Shown here one piece after another: positions 43,106 to 52,201 of a DNA stretch of 57,303 bases. Position 1 is the first letter of the stretch; every line of letters begins with the position of its first letter. This stretch comes from a bacterium (lineage in GTDB: Bacteria > Patescibacteriota > Minisyncoccia > UBA6257 > JAGOQP01), in contig JAKAHY010000007.1 in the NCBI GenBank assembly GCA_021814695.1, positions 1-57,303 of the forward strand. The letters are read 5' to 3'. The position numbers and the translations under genes are program-made. The notes under the pieces are model-generated. The model searched no databases and was not told the DNA's origin. It saw only the letters and a program-made list of their open reading frames with translations.

Positions 43106-44359
43106 ATGTTACAATCCAAACTCTCAAACTTCATCCGCAAGGAATTTCCCAAAGATGAAGAGGCGACGAATGCAAAAGTCCTGATTAGAGCCGGTTTTGT
43201 GGACAAGACAATGGCGGGTGTTTACTCATATCTGCCTTTGGGGCTCAAAGTCATCAAAAATATTGAAGCTATTATCAGGGAGGAGATGGACGCAATCGGA
43301 GCGCAGGAAATTTTGATGCCGGCATTAACCCCTAAAGAAAACTGGGAAAAAACCGGAAGGTGGGGAACGTTTGATGCGTTGTTTAAAGTTATTGCCCGCG
43401 ACAAGAAAGAATATGCTTTGGGAGCAACTCACGAGGAAGTTGTCGTTCCTTTGGCGCAAAAAACAATTTTTTCATACAAAGATTTGCCGTTTGGACTTTA
43501 CCAAATTCAGACAAAATTCAGGGATGAGCCAAGGGCAAAATCCGGATTGCTTCGGGGCAGAGAATTTATTATGAAAGACCTTTATTCTTTCCATGCCGAT
43601 GGCGATGATCTGGATAAGTATTATGCCGAAGCGATTAAGGCATATCAGAAAATATTCAAAAGACTGGAGCTTGACGCAATTTTAGTAGAGGCTTCAGGGG
43701 GAACTTTTTCCAAATACTCCCACGAATTTCAGGTTCTGGCCGATAGCGGCGAGGATGAAATAGTCCATTGTAATAAGTGCCATTTTGCCCAAAATCGTGA
43801 GATAAATACAGCTAAAGCAGGTGATTTGTGCCCTGAATGTAAGGCGCCGCTTTCGGTATCGAATTCTGTGGAAGCGGGCAATATCTTTAAACTGAATACC
43901 AAATATTCAGACCCTTTTTCCCTTAAATATCGTGATAAAGACGGAAGTGAAAAAACGGTCATAATGGGTTGCTACGGAATGGGGATATCGCGTCTTTTTG
44001 GAATTATTGCAGAACTCTTTCACGATGCCAGAGGATTGATGTGGCCAAAATCGGTATCGCCGTTTAACGTTCATCTGATAGCTTTGTCCGGCGCCGACGA
44101 AAATGAGACAAAAAAAGTTTTTCTCAGAGCCGAAGGGGTTTATAAAAAATTGTCGGAGCTTGGGATAGACGTTTTGTTCGACGACAGGAGTGAAAAGACG
44201 GCCGGAGAAAAATTTGCCGAAAGCGACCTGATCGGAATACCCGTGCGTCTGGTTGTCAGCCCGAAGACCGGGACGAAAATAGAGTTTAAAAAGCGCTCGG
44301 AGCCTTCCGCTAAAGTTGTTGATTTTTCTTTTATAAAGAAGTACCTTATGTCTAACTAA
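43106..44359 (+). CDS. proS: Proline--tRNA ligase, bacterial type with the INS editing domain replaced by a zinc-ribbon-like insert
   Basis: YQIQTKFRDEPR, REFIMKDLYSF, HEFQVLADSGEDEIV and then HCNKCH..(17)..CPECK in place of the INS domain. GCYGMGISR. I prefer the start at ATG 43106 (MLQSKLSNF.). Confidence 0.9.
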   Translation: MLQSKLSNFIRKEFPKDEEATNAKVLIRAGFVDKTMAGVYSYLPLGLKVIKNIEAIIREEMDAIGAQEILMPALTPKENWEKTGRWGTFDALFKVIARDKKEYALGATHEEVVVPLAQKTIFSYKDLPFGLYQIQTKFRDEPRAKSGLLRGREFIMKDLYSFHADGDDLDKYYAEAIKAYQKIFKRLELDAILVEASGGTFSKYSHEFQVLADSGEDEIVHCNKCHFAQNREINTAKAGDLCPECKAPLSVSNSVEAGNIFKLNTKYSDPFSLKYRDKDGSEKTVIMGCYGMGISRLFGIIAELFHDARGLMWPKSVSPFNVHLIALSGADENETKKVFLRAEGVYKKLSELGIDVLFDDRSEKTAGEKFAESDLIGIPVRLVVSPKTGTKIEFKKRSEPSAKVVDFSFIKKYLMSN

Positions 44360-44374
44360 TATCTATTGTAAGCA

Positions 44375-45415
44375 ATGAAGCTATTTAGAGGGTTAAAAAC
44401 AGATATCGGCATAGATCTTGGAACCGCCAACTCGCTGGTTTATTTAAAGGGGGAGGGTGTTGTTTTCAACGAGCCTACTCTGATCGCGGTGAATAATAAA
44501 AGTGGCCAGGTTGTCGCGATCGGCAATGATGCCAAACAAATGAGAGGGAGAACTCCGATGCATATCGACGTCATCAGGCCTTTGATTAACGGAGTTATCT
44601 CGGATTTTATGATGACTCAGGAAGTCTTGAAACATTTTGTCAGAAAAATAAAAAAAGACAGTCTTTTTAATTATGTTCGCGCTGTTGTGGCAATTCCCAC
44701 CAATCTCACCGAGGTTGAACGGAAATCCGTTGAAGATGCGGTTATATCTTCGGGAGCCTCGGTGGCTTACCTGATAGAAGAGCCCATAGCGGCGCTTTTG
44801 GGTGCGGATCTTCCGATAAGTGAGCCTACGGCTCATATGATTATAGATATTGGAGGTGGAACCTCCGAAATAGCGGTTGTTTCCATGGGCGGAGTGGTTG
44901 TTTCACGGAGTTTAAAGATAGCGGGAGATAAAATGAATGATGAGATTACGCGTTACGTCCATGATGATTTTAAAATGGCTATCGGAGAGCCCACGGCCGA
45001 AAGAATAAAAATAGAAATCGGTTCGGCTACGGGCAGTGGAAAGCCTATGGAGATTTCGATTGCCGGACGAGACTTATCCTCGGGACTTCCCAAGGAGGCG
45101 ACAATCAAAGATTCTCAGGTTAGGATTGCGCTGATGCCTTCGGTCCGCCAAATAGTGGAAGCTATCCGCGACACGATAGAAAAAACTCCGCCGGAACTTT
45201 CCGGAGACATATTAAAAAGAGGAATCTATCTTTCGGGAGGGGGCAGCCTGCTCAAGGGGCTTAATGAACTAATAGAAAAAGAAATTGGAGTTAAGACCAT
45301 TATTGTGGACGATCCTTTAACGTGCGTTGTGCGGGGTACCGGCCGTGCGGCTGAAAATATAGAAACCCACAAGCACGCGTTTGCTCTTTCGGTCAGGCCC
45401 ATTAATATAGAGTAA
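44375..45415 (+). CDS. mreB: Rod shape-determining protein MreB (copy 2)
   Basis: IGIDLGTANSLVY, DIGGGTSEIAV, LSGGGS. Sits upstream of mreC-mreD-PBP2. Confidence 0.9.
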   Translation: MKLFRGLKTDIGIDLGTANSLVYLKGEGVVFNEPTLIAVNNKSGQVVAIGNDAKQMRGRTPMHIDVIRPLINGVISDFMMTQEVLKHFVRKIKKDSLFNYVRAVVAIPTNLTEVERKSVEDAVISSGASVAYLIEEPIAALLGADLPISEPTAHMIIDIGGGTSEIAVVSMGGVVVSRSLKIAGDKMNDEITRYVHDDFKMAIGEPTAERIKIEIGSATGSGKPMEISIAGRDLSSGLPKEATIKDSQVRIALMPSVRQIVEAIRDTIEKTPPELSGDILKRGIYLSGGGSLLKGLNELIEKEIGVKTIIVDDPLTCVVRGTGRAAENIETHKHAFALSVRPINIE

Positions 45416-45448
45416 TTGTCATAAACCGTTGTCGGTTTTTAGGGAATC

Positions 45449-46144
45449 ATGAAAAAGATTCTTATTATATTCGCATTTATATCGGTAATATTTTTGATTC
45501 TATTAACCCCATTTTTTATTTCTAAACCGGGGCGGATTATCGACACATTTTCTAGAATATTTTCTTTACCTTCAATTGTGGACCAATCAATCCAACTGAA
45601 GAAAGAGAACGATGACCTCAAAAACCAGTTGTTTGCGCTTAAATCACAATATTCGTTTCCCATAGACCAGCGTTACGAATCCGCCAGAGTTTTTTCGCTG
45701 TATCCGTTCAATACAAAAAATAGAATTTACATAACTGCCGGGACTTCTCAGGGGATTAGTATCGGAGAGCCGGTAATGTTTTCAAAAACCGTTCTTATCG
45801 GCCAGGTAGTCAGCGTCGCATCCGATTCAAGTGAGGTGATTACCATATATGATCCAAGGTTTTCGTTACCGGTGAAAATCGGAAAGACCGGAATCGACGG
45901 ATTGCTTACCGGTGGAGTGAGCCCCAGCGTTGGATTAATAGATAAAACCAAACAGGTAAACCCGGGTGATAATATTTATTCAGCATCGAAAGACGTACCC
46001 TACGGCTTGGTTATAGGTTTGGTTAAGTCGGTTAAAGAAGATTCGACCGGGACTTTCTTTAATGCTCAAATTGATTTGCCCTATGTGTTAAGCGATGTAG
46101 CCGACGTTTATATAATCAAAAATGCAGACAATACGCCACGTTAA
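45449..46144 (+). CDS. mreC: Rod shape-determining protein MreC
   Basis: N-terminal TM, coiled coil (QLKKENDDLKNQL), beta-barrel region (G...G.PV......IG.V). Position follows mreB. Confidence 0.8.
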   Translation: MKKILIIFAFISVIFLILLTPFFISKPGRIIDTFSRIFSLPSIVDQSIQLKKENDDLKNQLFALKSQYSFPIDQRYESARVFSLYPFNTKNRIYITAGTSQGISIGEPVMFSKTVLIGQVVSVASDSSEVITIYDPRFSLPVKIGKTGIDGLLTGGVSPSVGLIDKTKQVNPGDNIYSASKDVPYGLVIGLVKSVKEDSTGTFFNAQIDLPYVLSDVADVYIIKNADNTPR

Positions 46145-46589
46145 AAGCGAAATTATAACAGCCGTTGCTTTGTTGCTGGTCATGGCGGTTATTTCGCTGG
46201 TTAACTTTTCTTCAATTTCAATAAAGCCCAATATTTTTTTGGCGGTTATTGTGGTGGCGAGTCTTATTATAGAAACTTGGTATGTTTATTTCGGATTGGT
46301 ATTGGTTGAGTTATTGTGGCTGAAATTTACTCCGTTTTTTTTGCCCGAGTACGGGATTTTATTTATTATTGCCGCAGTGGCTTTTGCAATTTCCCATCTT
46401 TTTATTTTCGGAAAAACGCGACCTGTCAGAATTGCCCTGATATTTCTTTTTCAACTGGTATTTTGGCTTTTTTTCCAAGCCGGATTTATGATTATCTCCC
46501 TCGTTTTTTTACTGGAATTGATATATAACATTATTGCGGTTGAATTATTATTCGCATTGTCTTCATGGCTAAAAAAGATATCTTTTTAG
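46122..46589 (+). CDS. mreD: Probable rod shape-determining protein MreD (polytopic membrane protein)
   Basis: 155 aa with 4-5 TM. The call rests on synteny between mreC and PBP2. Confidence 0.6.
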   Translation: MQTIRHVKSEIITAVALLLVMAVISLVNFSSISIKPNIFLAVIVVASLIIETWYVYFGLVLVELLWLKFTPFFLPEYGILFIIAAVAFAISHLFIFGKTRPVRIALIFLFQLVFWLFFQAGFMIISLVFLLELIYNIIAVELLFALSSWLKKISF

Positions 46590-48526
46590 AAGAATCGGTT
46601 TTGGACGATTTGTCCGAGGGGCTCGATATAATCGAGCAACCTCTTTCATCGTCTATATTCAAATTGATAAGCTGGGTGATGGGAATTTTTATGATAGTAG
46701 TAGTCGGCCGACTGGCATATATTCAAATCATAAAAGAAAAATCATACCAAGTCAGAGCGCTTGCAAACGCCGGCCAGCAGACGGTTTTAAAGGCTCCTCG
46801 AGGAATTATCTATGACAGATATGGCCAGGTGCTTGTGACAAATAAGCCCAGTTTCGGATTATCTTTAAATCTTTCCGAGCTTTTAAAAAACCGCCAGTCG
46901 CTTGATTCCGATCTGCAAAAGATTAATTCCATCGTGCCTTTTGATGTGGAATCGGCAAAGAGTGAAATTCTTTCAGTGGATTTGGAGCGGCAGGCTTATT
47001 TTCAGCTCATTCCGGACGTAACCCTTGCCCAGGTTATAGAATTGAAAAAGCTTGATCTCAAGTCGATAGTCATAAACAACAGCTATAGCAGACAATATGT
47101 GGATGGTCCGGTATTTTCCCACATACTCGGTTATACCGGTTTGGTTACACAAAAGGATTTAAACAACAATTCGGATCTGTCCCTAAACGATGAGATAGGC
47201 AAGGCGGGGCTCGAGTCTGAATATGACGCCCAACTTCGCGGCCAAAATGGCATAGCTATATCGTATCAGGACGTTAAGGGAAATTCTCTGGAAACAAAAA
47301 CTATTAGCGATCCTGTCGGCGGGGATTCCATAAATACATCGATTGACGCCGACCTTCAGAAATATTTTTACCAGGCCATGAAAGACCAGCTCTCGTCCCT
47401 TGGGCGGACTTCGGGGGCGGGGCTGGTTATGGTGCCATCAACTGGAGAAATTCTTTCTATGGTTAGTTTGCCCAGTTTTGATAATAACTCTCTGACAGGG
47501 TCTCTTTTCACGGATAAAAACCGCCCGACTTTTAACAGGGCAATTGCGGGAGTTTACAGTCCGGGTTCGACAATCAAACCCCTGGTGGCTTTCGGGGCTT
47601 TGGAAGAGAAAATAATCGACCCGTTGAAAAAAATTCTTTCAATCGGTTATATAGAAATTCCGAATCCTTTTTTTCCGGATAAACCATCCAGATTTGTGGA
47701 CTGGAGACCACAAGGATGGGTTGATATGAGGGCTGCACTGGCTCGCTCAAGCAACGTTTATTTCTATGAAGTGGGCGGAGGATTTTCGGATAAGAGCGCT
47801 AACTCTATGTTCGGTGGAGGGAGTCAAATAGGTCTTGGTATTGAGCGTCTGCAGGAATATTGGAAAAAGTTTTTTCTTGATCAAAAAACGGGGATAGATC
47901 TGCCGGGAGAAACTAATGGCGTGTTGCCCGACATCGTAGCAAAAGAACAGCGCACGGGAGAGCCTTGGCGCATTGGCGATACTTATAACGTCGCCATCGG
48001 CCAAGGGGATTTACGGATAACCCCAATAGAGCTATTGCGGTATATTTCTACGATTCCTGACAGGGGAAAAATTCCGACGCCTTTTGTCGTTCAAAATATC
48101 ACGGATTCGCAAAATAACGTCGTATATAAGACTCAGCCCCGGTTTAATTTAATAGCGGCCAATGCCGATGATTATTTCAATACGATAGAGCAGGGAATGC
48201 TTGATGGAGTCAGGAAAGACTACGGGACTTCAAATACTCTTGTCGGTATTCCAATGACGATTGCCGCAAAGACCGGTAGTGCTCAAATACAAAATAACCA
48301 AAAAACCAATGCTTTTTTTGTCGGCTATAATATACCCGATAAAAATAAAATTGTTTCCAATCCGAATGTGCCCCAGCAAATTGCCGTTTTGGTTCTTATT
48401 GAAGATGCAAAGGAGGGGAGTTTGAACGCCGTTCCTGTCGCAAAAAAAGTATTCGAATGGTATTATGAAAACAGAATCAATAATTCAACTTCTCAAACGG
48501 ATTCAAAAACAAATTCTAATAATTAA
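46565..48526 (+). CDS. mrdA: Penicillin-binding protein 2 (elongasome transpeptidase)
   Basis: N-terminal TM, SPGSTIKP (SxxK), SSN, KTGSA (KTG). Confidence 0.9.
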   Translation: MAKKDIFLEESVLDDLSEGLDIIEQPLSSSIFKLISWVMGIFMIVVVGRLAYIQIIKEKSYQVRALANAGQQTVLKAPRGIIYDRYGQVLVTNKPSFGLSLNLSELLKNRQSLDSDLQKINSIVPFDVESAKSEILSVDLERQAYFQLIPDVTLAQVIELKKLDLKSIVINNSYSRQYVDGPVFSHILGYTGLVTQKDLNNNSDLSLNDEIGKAGLESEYDAQLRGQNGIAISYQDVKGNSLETKTISDPVGGDSINTSIDADLQKYFYQAMKDQLSSLGRTSGAGLVMVPSTGEILSMVSLPSFDNNSLTGSLFTDKNRPTFNRAIAGVYSPGSTIKPLVAFGALEEKIIDPLKKILSIGYIEIPNPFFPDKPSRFVDWRPQGWVDMRAALARSSNVYFYEVGGGFSDKSANSMFGGGSQIGLGIERLQEYWKKFFLDQKTGIDLPGETNGVLPDIVAKEQRTGEPWRIGDTYNVAIGQGDLRITPIELLRYISTIPDRGKIPTPFVVQNITDSQNNVVYKTQPRFNLIAANADDYFNTIEQGMLDGVRKDYGTSNTLVGIPMTIAAKTGSAQIQNNQKTNAFFVGYNIPDKNKIVSNPNVPQQIAVLVLIEDAKEGSLNAVPVAKKVFEWYYENRINNSTSQTDSKTNSNN

Positions 48527-48529
48527 TTT

Positions 48530-49531
48530 ATGGACTCAGAGCTTCGATATCATTCTACGACCGGGGAATGGGTGCTGATATCTCCCAAAAGGGGAAAGCG
48601 GCCCAATGATTTTGGCGCCCCGACAATTAAAAGAGTAATTTCTCCCAAAAGAACCTGTCCTTTTGAAGAGCCACAAAAGCATGGCAATGCCATCCCTCAT
48701 TTCTGGTTTCCCGAGGACAAGCCTCTTGAAAAATGGCAATTACAGGTGCTTCCCAATAAATATCCCGCGATAAGCCACAGGCATATGCAGTGCGCTTCAT
48801 CTCATCGGGATGGAATGTATACGGTAACTACCGGCGTCGGCCATCACGATATATTACTTACCAGAGACCATTATAAAAACTATCGGCACCTTTCCGAAGC
48901 TCAGGCGCTGGATGTATTATTGGCTTTTTCAAAGCGTTATAAAGAGCTTATTGCCGACGGTTGTATGCAATATGTTTCAATGTTCCAGAATTTCGGTCCC
49001 AACGCCGGCGCTTCCATTTTTCATCCTCATTATCAGATTTTGGCATTGCCGGTAGTTCCAAATACCGTCGGCCGCTCTCTCTATCATTCCCACGAGCATT
49101 GGAAAAAGCATAAACGATGCATACATTGCGATATAATCAAACAAGAACTTAAAGAAAAGAAAAGAATTGTTTATGAAGAAGACGGAATCATTGCGTTTGT
49201 CCCGTTCGCTTCAAAGGAGCCTTATCAGATAAACATTTTTCCCAAAGAACACTTGCCTTATTTTGAGGATTCTTCAGTTTATATTTTGAAGCACATTTCC
49301 AAGGCGTTGAGGCGCGTACTGGCCTCGGTCGCCAAGAAACTGGATGATCCGGATTACAATTTTTATATTCATACGGCGCCTATCGTCAACAAAAAACAAT
49401 ACAAACATTATCATTGGCATATTGAAGTTATCCCCAAATCCAACGTATCGGCGGGATTTGAGCTTGGCACCGGAGTGGAAATTAATCCCGTGTTTCCCGA
49501 GGAAGCCACAAAGCTTCTTAAAATAAGATAA
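48530..49531 (+). CDS. GalT-like HIT-superfamily nucleotidyltransferase (galactose-1-phosphate uridylyltransferase / ADP-glucose phosphorylase family)
   Basis: VLPNKYPA, GHHDIL, FHPHYQILALP (HxHxQ), CIHCD. 333 aa. Confidence 0.75.
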   Translation: MDSELRYHSTTGEWVLISPKRGKRPNDFGAPTIKRVISPKRTCPFEEPQKHGNAIPHFWFPEDKPLEKWQLQVLPNKYPAISHRHMQCASSHRDGMYTVTTGVGHHDILLTRDHYKNYRHLSEAQALDVLLAFSKRYKELIADGCMQYVSMFQNFGPNAGASIFHPHYQILALPVVPNTVGRSLYHSHEHWKKHKRCIHCDIIKQELKEKKRIVYEEDGIIAFVPFASKEPYQINIFPKEHLPYFEDSSVYILKHISKALRRVLASVAKKLDDPDYNFYIHTAPIVNKKQYKHYHWHIEVIPKSNVSAGFELGTGVEINPVFPEEATKLLKIR

Positions 49532-49654
49532 AAAATCCTATTTTCAGTTATGCACTTGTAATTTAGCGGATTTTTTCTAATATTGTTCTGTTAAACAACA
49601 ATTGCCCGCTGGCCAGCGGGCGAAAAAATTATAAAATTAATTTTAACTACTGCG

Positions 49655-50248
49655 ATGGATAATAATCCCTCAGTTCCTCAGGCGGGTTCGGTTTCGGGAA
49701 TGCTTGTTCCTAAAAGAATGTTTTTTACCAAAGGAGTCGGTTTTCATAAAGAATACCTTCAGTCTTTTGAGATGGCACTAAGAGATGCGGGTATTGCCGA
49801 ATATAATCTGGTTACGGTCAGTTCTATATTTCCGCCAAATTGTAAGAGAGTGTCCAAAGAAGAGGGTAAAAAGCTGTTAAATCCCGGACAGGTTGTCTTT
49901 TGTGTTATGGCCAGAAATGCAACCAGTGAGCCCAATCGTCTGATTGCCGCTTCCATAGGTTTGGCCCAGCCGGCAAATACCAACAATTACGGATATCTTT
50001 CCGAGCACCATCCTTTTGGGGAAACGGAACAAAAATGTGGAGAGTATGCGGAAGATTTGGCGGCCACAATGCTGGCGTCAACTCTGGGGTTGGAATTTGA
50101 CCCTAACGCCGCTTGGGATGAGCGCGAACAACTTTACAAGGGATCGGGGCAGATATATAAAACAACCAATATCACCCAATCGGCTCAAGGCCACAAAGAC
50201 GGCCTTTGGACGACGGTGGTAGCAGCGGCGGTTCTGGTTTTTGATTAA
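49655..50248 (+). CDS. pdaD: Pyruvoyl-dependent arginine decarboxylase (archaeal PdaD type)
   Basis: [46 protein letters not shown] carries the self-cleavage Ser-Ser context typical of PvlArgDC. Confidence 0.8.
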   Translation: MDNNPSVPQAGSVSGMLVPKRMFFTKGVGFHKEYLQSFEMALRDAGIAEYNLVTVSSIFPPNCKRVSKEEGKKLLNPGQVVFCVMARNATSEPNRLIAASIGLAQPANTNNYGYLSEHHPFGETEQKCGEYAEDLAATMLASTLGLEFDPNAAWDEREQLYKGSGQIYKTTNITQSAQGHKDGLWTTVVAAAVLVFD

Positions 50249-50279
50249 TTTTCAATTCCAACTTGACCGGGTTGGTCAC

Positions 50280-50347
50280 AAATATTCCGACATTCTGTCT
50301 GCGCTACGCTGAAGATACGGCGAGGTGAGCAGAATGCCGGAATATTT
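50280..50347. terminator. Long hairpin between convergent pdaD and UDG genes (probable bidirectional terminator)
   Basis: 18-bp stem (17 pairs, one mismatch) aaatattccgacattctg / cagaatgccggaatattt with a 32-nt loop. It overlaps the UDG stop codon. Confidence 0.5.
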
Positions 50348-50963
50348 ATTTAAACTGGTTTAGTGCCTTAAAATCTTCAAGGAGGGTTTCTTTCAGATGC
50401 TGGTTGTAGATTGCCGCAGCCGGATGGTAAAGAGGAATAATAGTTATAGATTGTCCCAAAAGAGGATTTGATTTAAAGACTTTGCCGTGGATCTGACTAA
50501 TGGGTTTTAACTCGGAAGTCAGGCCGAATTTTTTCATAATATATTCCATCGAAAAACGCCCCAGAGTTGCAATGACCTTCGGTTGAATTATATGAATCTG
50601 CCTGTCTAAAAAAGGGGCATATATTTCTATTTCTTCGGGAAGCGGGTCGCGGTTTTGAGGAGGCCTGTCTTTAACTATATTTGTTATATAGACCTCTTCA
50701 CGTTTAATCCCTACCGATTCCAAGAGCTGGTCTAAAAGTTTTCCGGCGGCTCCACAGAATGGACGGCCTGTTTTTGCTTCATTCCTTCCGGGGGCTTCGC
50801 CAATGAACATAATATGGGCATAATGGCTACCCTGTCCGGAGACGGGGAAATATCCGTTTTCTTTGCGGTATGCGTAAAGAGGAGAATTTGTCAGATTCAG
50901 AAGTTCGTCGCGGATTTGTTTAAGCTGCTCAGTTATTTTGTCGGTTTCCATTTTATTAATCAT
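50346..50963 (-). CDS. Uracil-DNA glycosylase, family 4
   Basis: GEAPGRNEAKTGRPFCGAAGKLLD and LYHPAAAIY motifs. Confidence 0.85.
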   Translation of the reverse strand: MINKMETDKITEQLKQIRDELLNLTNSPLYAYRKENGYFPVSGQGSHYAHIMFIGEAPGRNEAKTGRPFCGAAGKLLDQLLESVGIKREEVYITNIVKDRPPQNRDPLPEEIEIYAPFLDRQIHIIQPKVIATLGRFSMEYIMKKFGLTSELKPISQIHGKVFKSNPLLGQSITIIPLYHPAAAIYNQHLKETLLEDFKALNQFK

Positions 50964-51049
50964 ATTGTAATAGAAAGTTTTTTCAATCGAGTTCTTTACA
51001 ATAATAAGTTTCTATGATATAAAAATTATAGCTCAAAGGAAGTGCTAAG

Positions 51050-51526
51050 ATGAGAGACGAACAGGGGAATCACATTCCTTTTCCTACATATCACGCCTTT
51101 TCCGCCTTATTGATTGTTGCTATGTTGGTAATGGCGACGGCGCAATCTTGTGCGAGTAGAAAGGAACAATCTTATGCCGGAATTACTTTAGCGGGAGATC
51201 ATCAGCTGAGAAAGATGGTCAATATCAAATCGACCGACGCAAGCGGAAGCTTTTTCCTTTTTGTCGGATCATTTGCCCAGCATGAAACGCTTAAAGTGTC
51301 ATTTGCATGGAAGTTGAACGACGGAACTTATGCCATCAGCACTCTCCCTATGGATAAAATCCGGGTCAGAATTGATAATAACATCACTGTTCCTACTATT
51401 AAATTTCGTTGGAGGAGTGGCTATTTCAGGGAAATTCAGGATATGATGGATTATAAGGTTATTTATGCGGTTATCACTTGCAAGGATTCAGATTGGCCTC
51501 AACAGATTAACCTTCCGCTCCAGTAA
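51050..51526 (+). CDS. Hypothetical protein, possible lipoprotein
   Basis: Signal-like hydrophobic stretch ending ..MATAQSC (lipobox-like Cys). No other motif is recognisable. Confidence 0.5.
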   Translation: MRDEQGNHIPFPTYHAFSALLIVAMLVMATAQSCASRKEQSYAGITLAGDHQLRKMVNIKSTDASGSFFLFVGSFAQHETLKVSFAWKLNDGTYAISTLPMDKIRVRIDNNITVPTIKFRWRSGYFREIQDMMDYKVIYAVITCKDSDWPQQINLPLQ

Positions 51527-51546
51527 ATACTGGGGCATTTTTTGTA

Positions 51547-51575
51547 TTGACTTTTTGGCTCATATATGCTATTCT
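51547..51575 (+). promoter_or_regulatory. Putative promoter of the RRM protein gene (long leader)
   Basis: TTGACT, 17 nt, TATTCT. The ATG is about 140 nt downstream. Confidence 0.45.
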
Positions 51576-51716
51576 TTGCCCAAGCTTCAGTTCCATGTGC
51601 CAAAAGTACAGAGGAATACATGGGGCTTTGGCATCGGTTCTTCGTTCGAAATTTTTTATATTTGAATGGAGAGGGTCCTTACGGTGACAGTGTTTAACGT
51701 ATAAGTAGATTTACAA

Positions 51717-52001
51717 ATGGCAAAGAAATTGTTTGTTGGTAATCTTCCTTACACCATGACGCAGGATGAACTTCAGAATACTTTTGCTGAAGTCGGAAAT
51801 GTCATCAGCGCCGCGGTTATTGTCGATAAAATGTCCGGCCGCTCACGCGGATTCGGTTTTATCGAAATGGAAGATGCCGACGCTGAAAGAGCCATTGCTG
51901 AACTCAACGGAAAAGAAATTGGCGGCCGCAAATTGGTTGTCAATGAAGCCCGTGCGAAAGAGGAAAGACCTCAGCGCAGATTCGGCAATGACCGCTACTA
52001 A
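51717..52001 (+). CDS. RNA-binding protein, single RRM domain
   Basis: RNP-2 LFVGNL and RNP-1 RGFGFIEM. 94 aa with a basic tail. Confidence 0.9.
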   Translation: MAKKLFVGNLPYTMTQDELQNTFAEVGNVISAAVIVDKMSGRSRGFGFIEMEDADAERAIAELNGKEIGGRKLVVNEARAKEERPQRRFGNDRY

Positions 52002-52009
52002 TTTGGTAG

Positions 52010-52052
52010 AAATCAAAGTCCCCGTCATGAAAATGATGGGGATTTTTGATTT
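52010..52052. terminator. Intrinsic terminator after the RRM gene
   Basis: aaatcaaa-gt-ccccgtcat gaaa atgatgggg-att-tttgattt long hairpin with symmetric A/T flanks. Confidence 0.75.
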
Positions 52053-52087
52053 AAACTTATGTGACTTTAATAAAAATATTAAATATC

Positions 52088-52115
52088 GGAGCGTGAACAA
52101 CGCTCTATTTTTTTA
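52088..52115 (+). terminator. Second tandem terminator-like hairpin
   Basis: ggagcg-tgaacaa-cgctct hairpin followed by atttttttt. Confidence 0.5.
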
Positions 52116-52164
52116 TAATATACGGATCTATACAGAAATTGCGCAGATTAATACGGATAGTTTA

Positions 52165-52192
52165 TTGAAAAAAATTTAATTGCTGATAGAAT
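52165..52192 (+). promoter_or_regulatory. Putative promoter of the Cas4-like nuclease gene (leaderless geometry)
   Basis: TTGAAA, 16 nt, TAGAAT. ATG 52202 starts 10 nt after the -10 element. Confidence 0.45.
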
Positions 52193-52201
52193 AGACACAT
52201 T

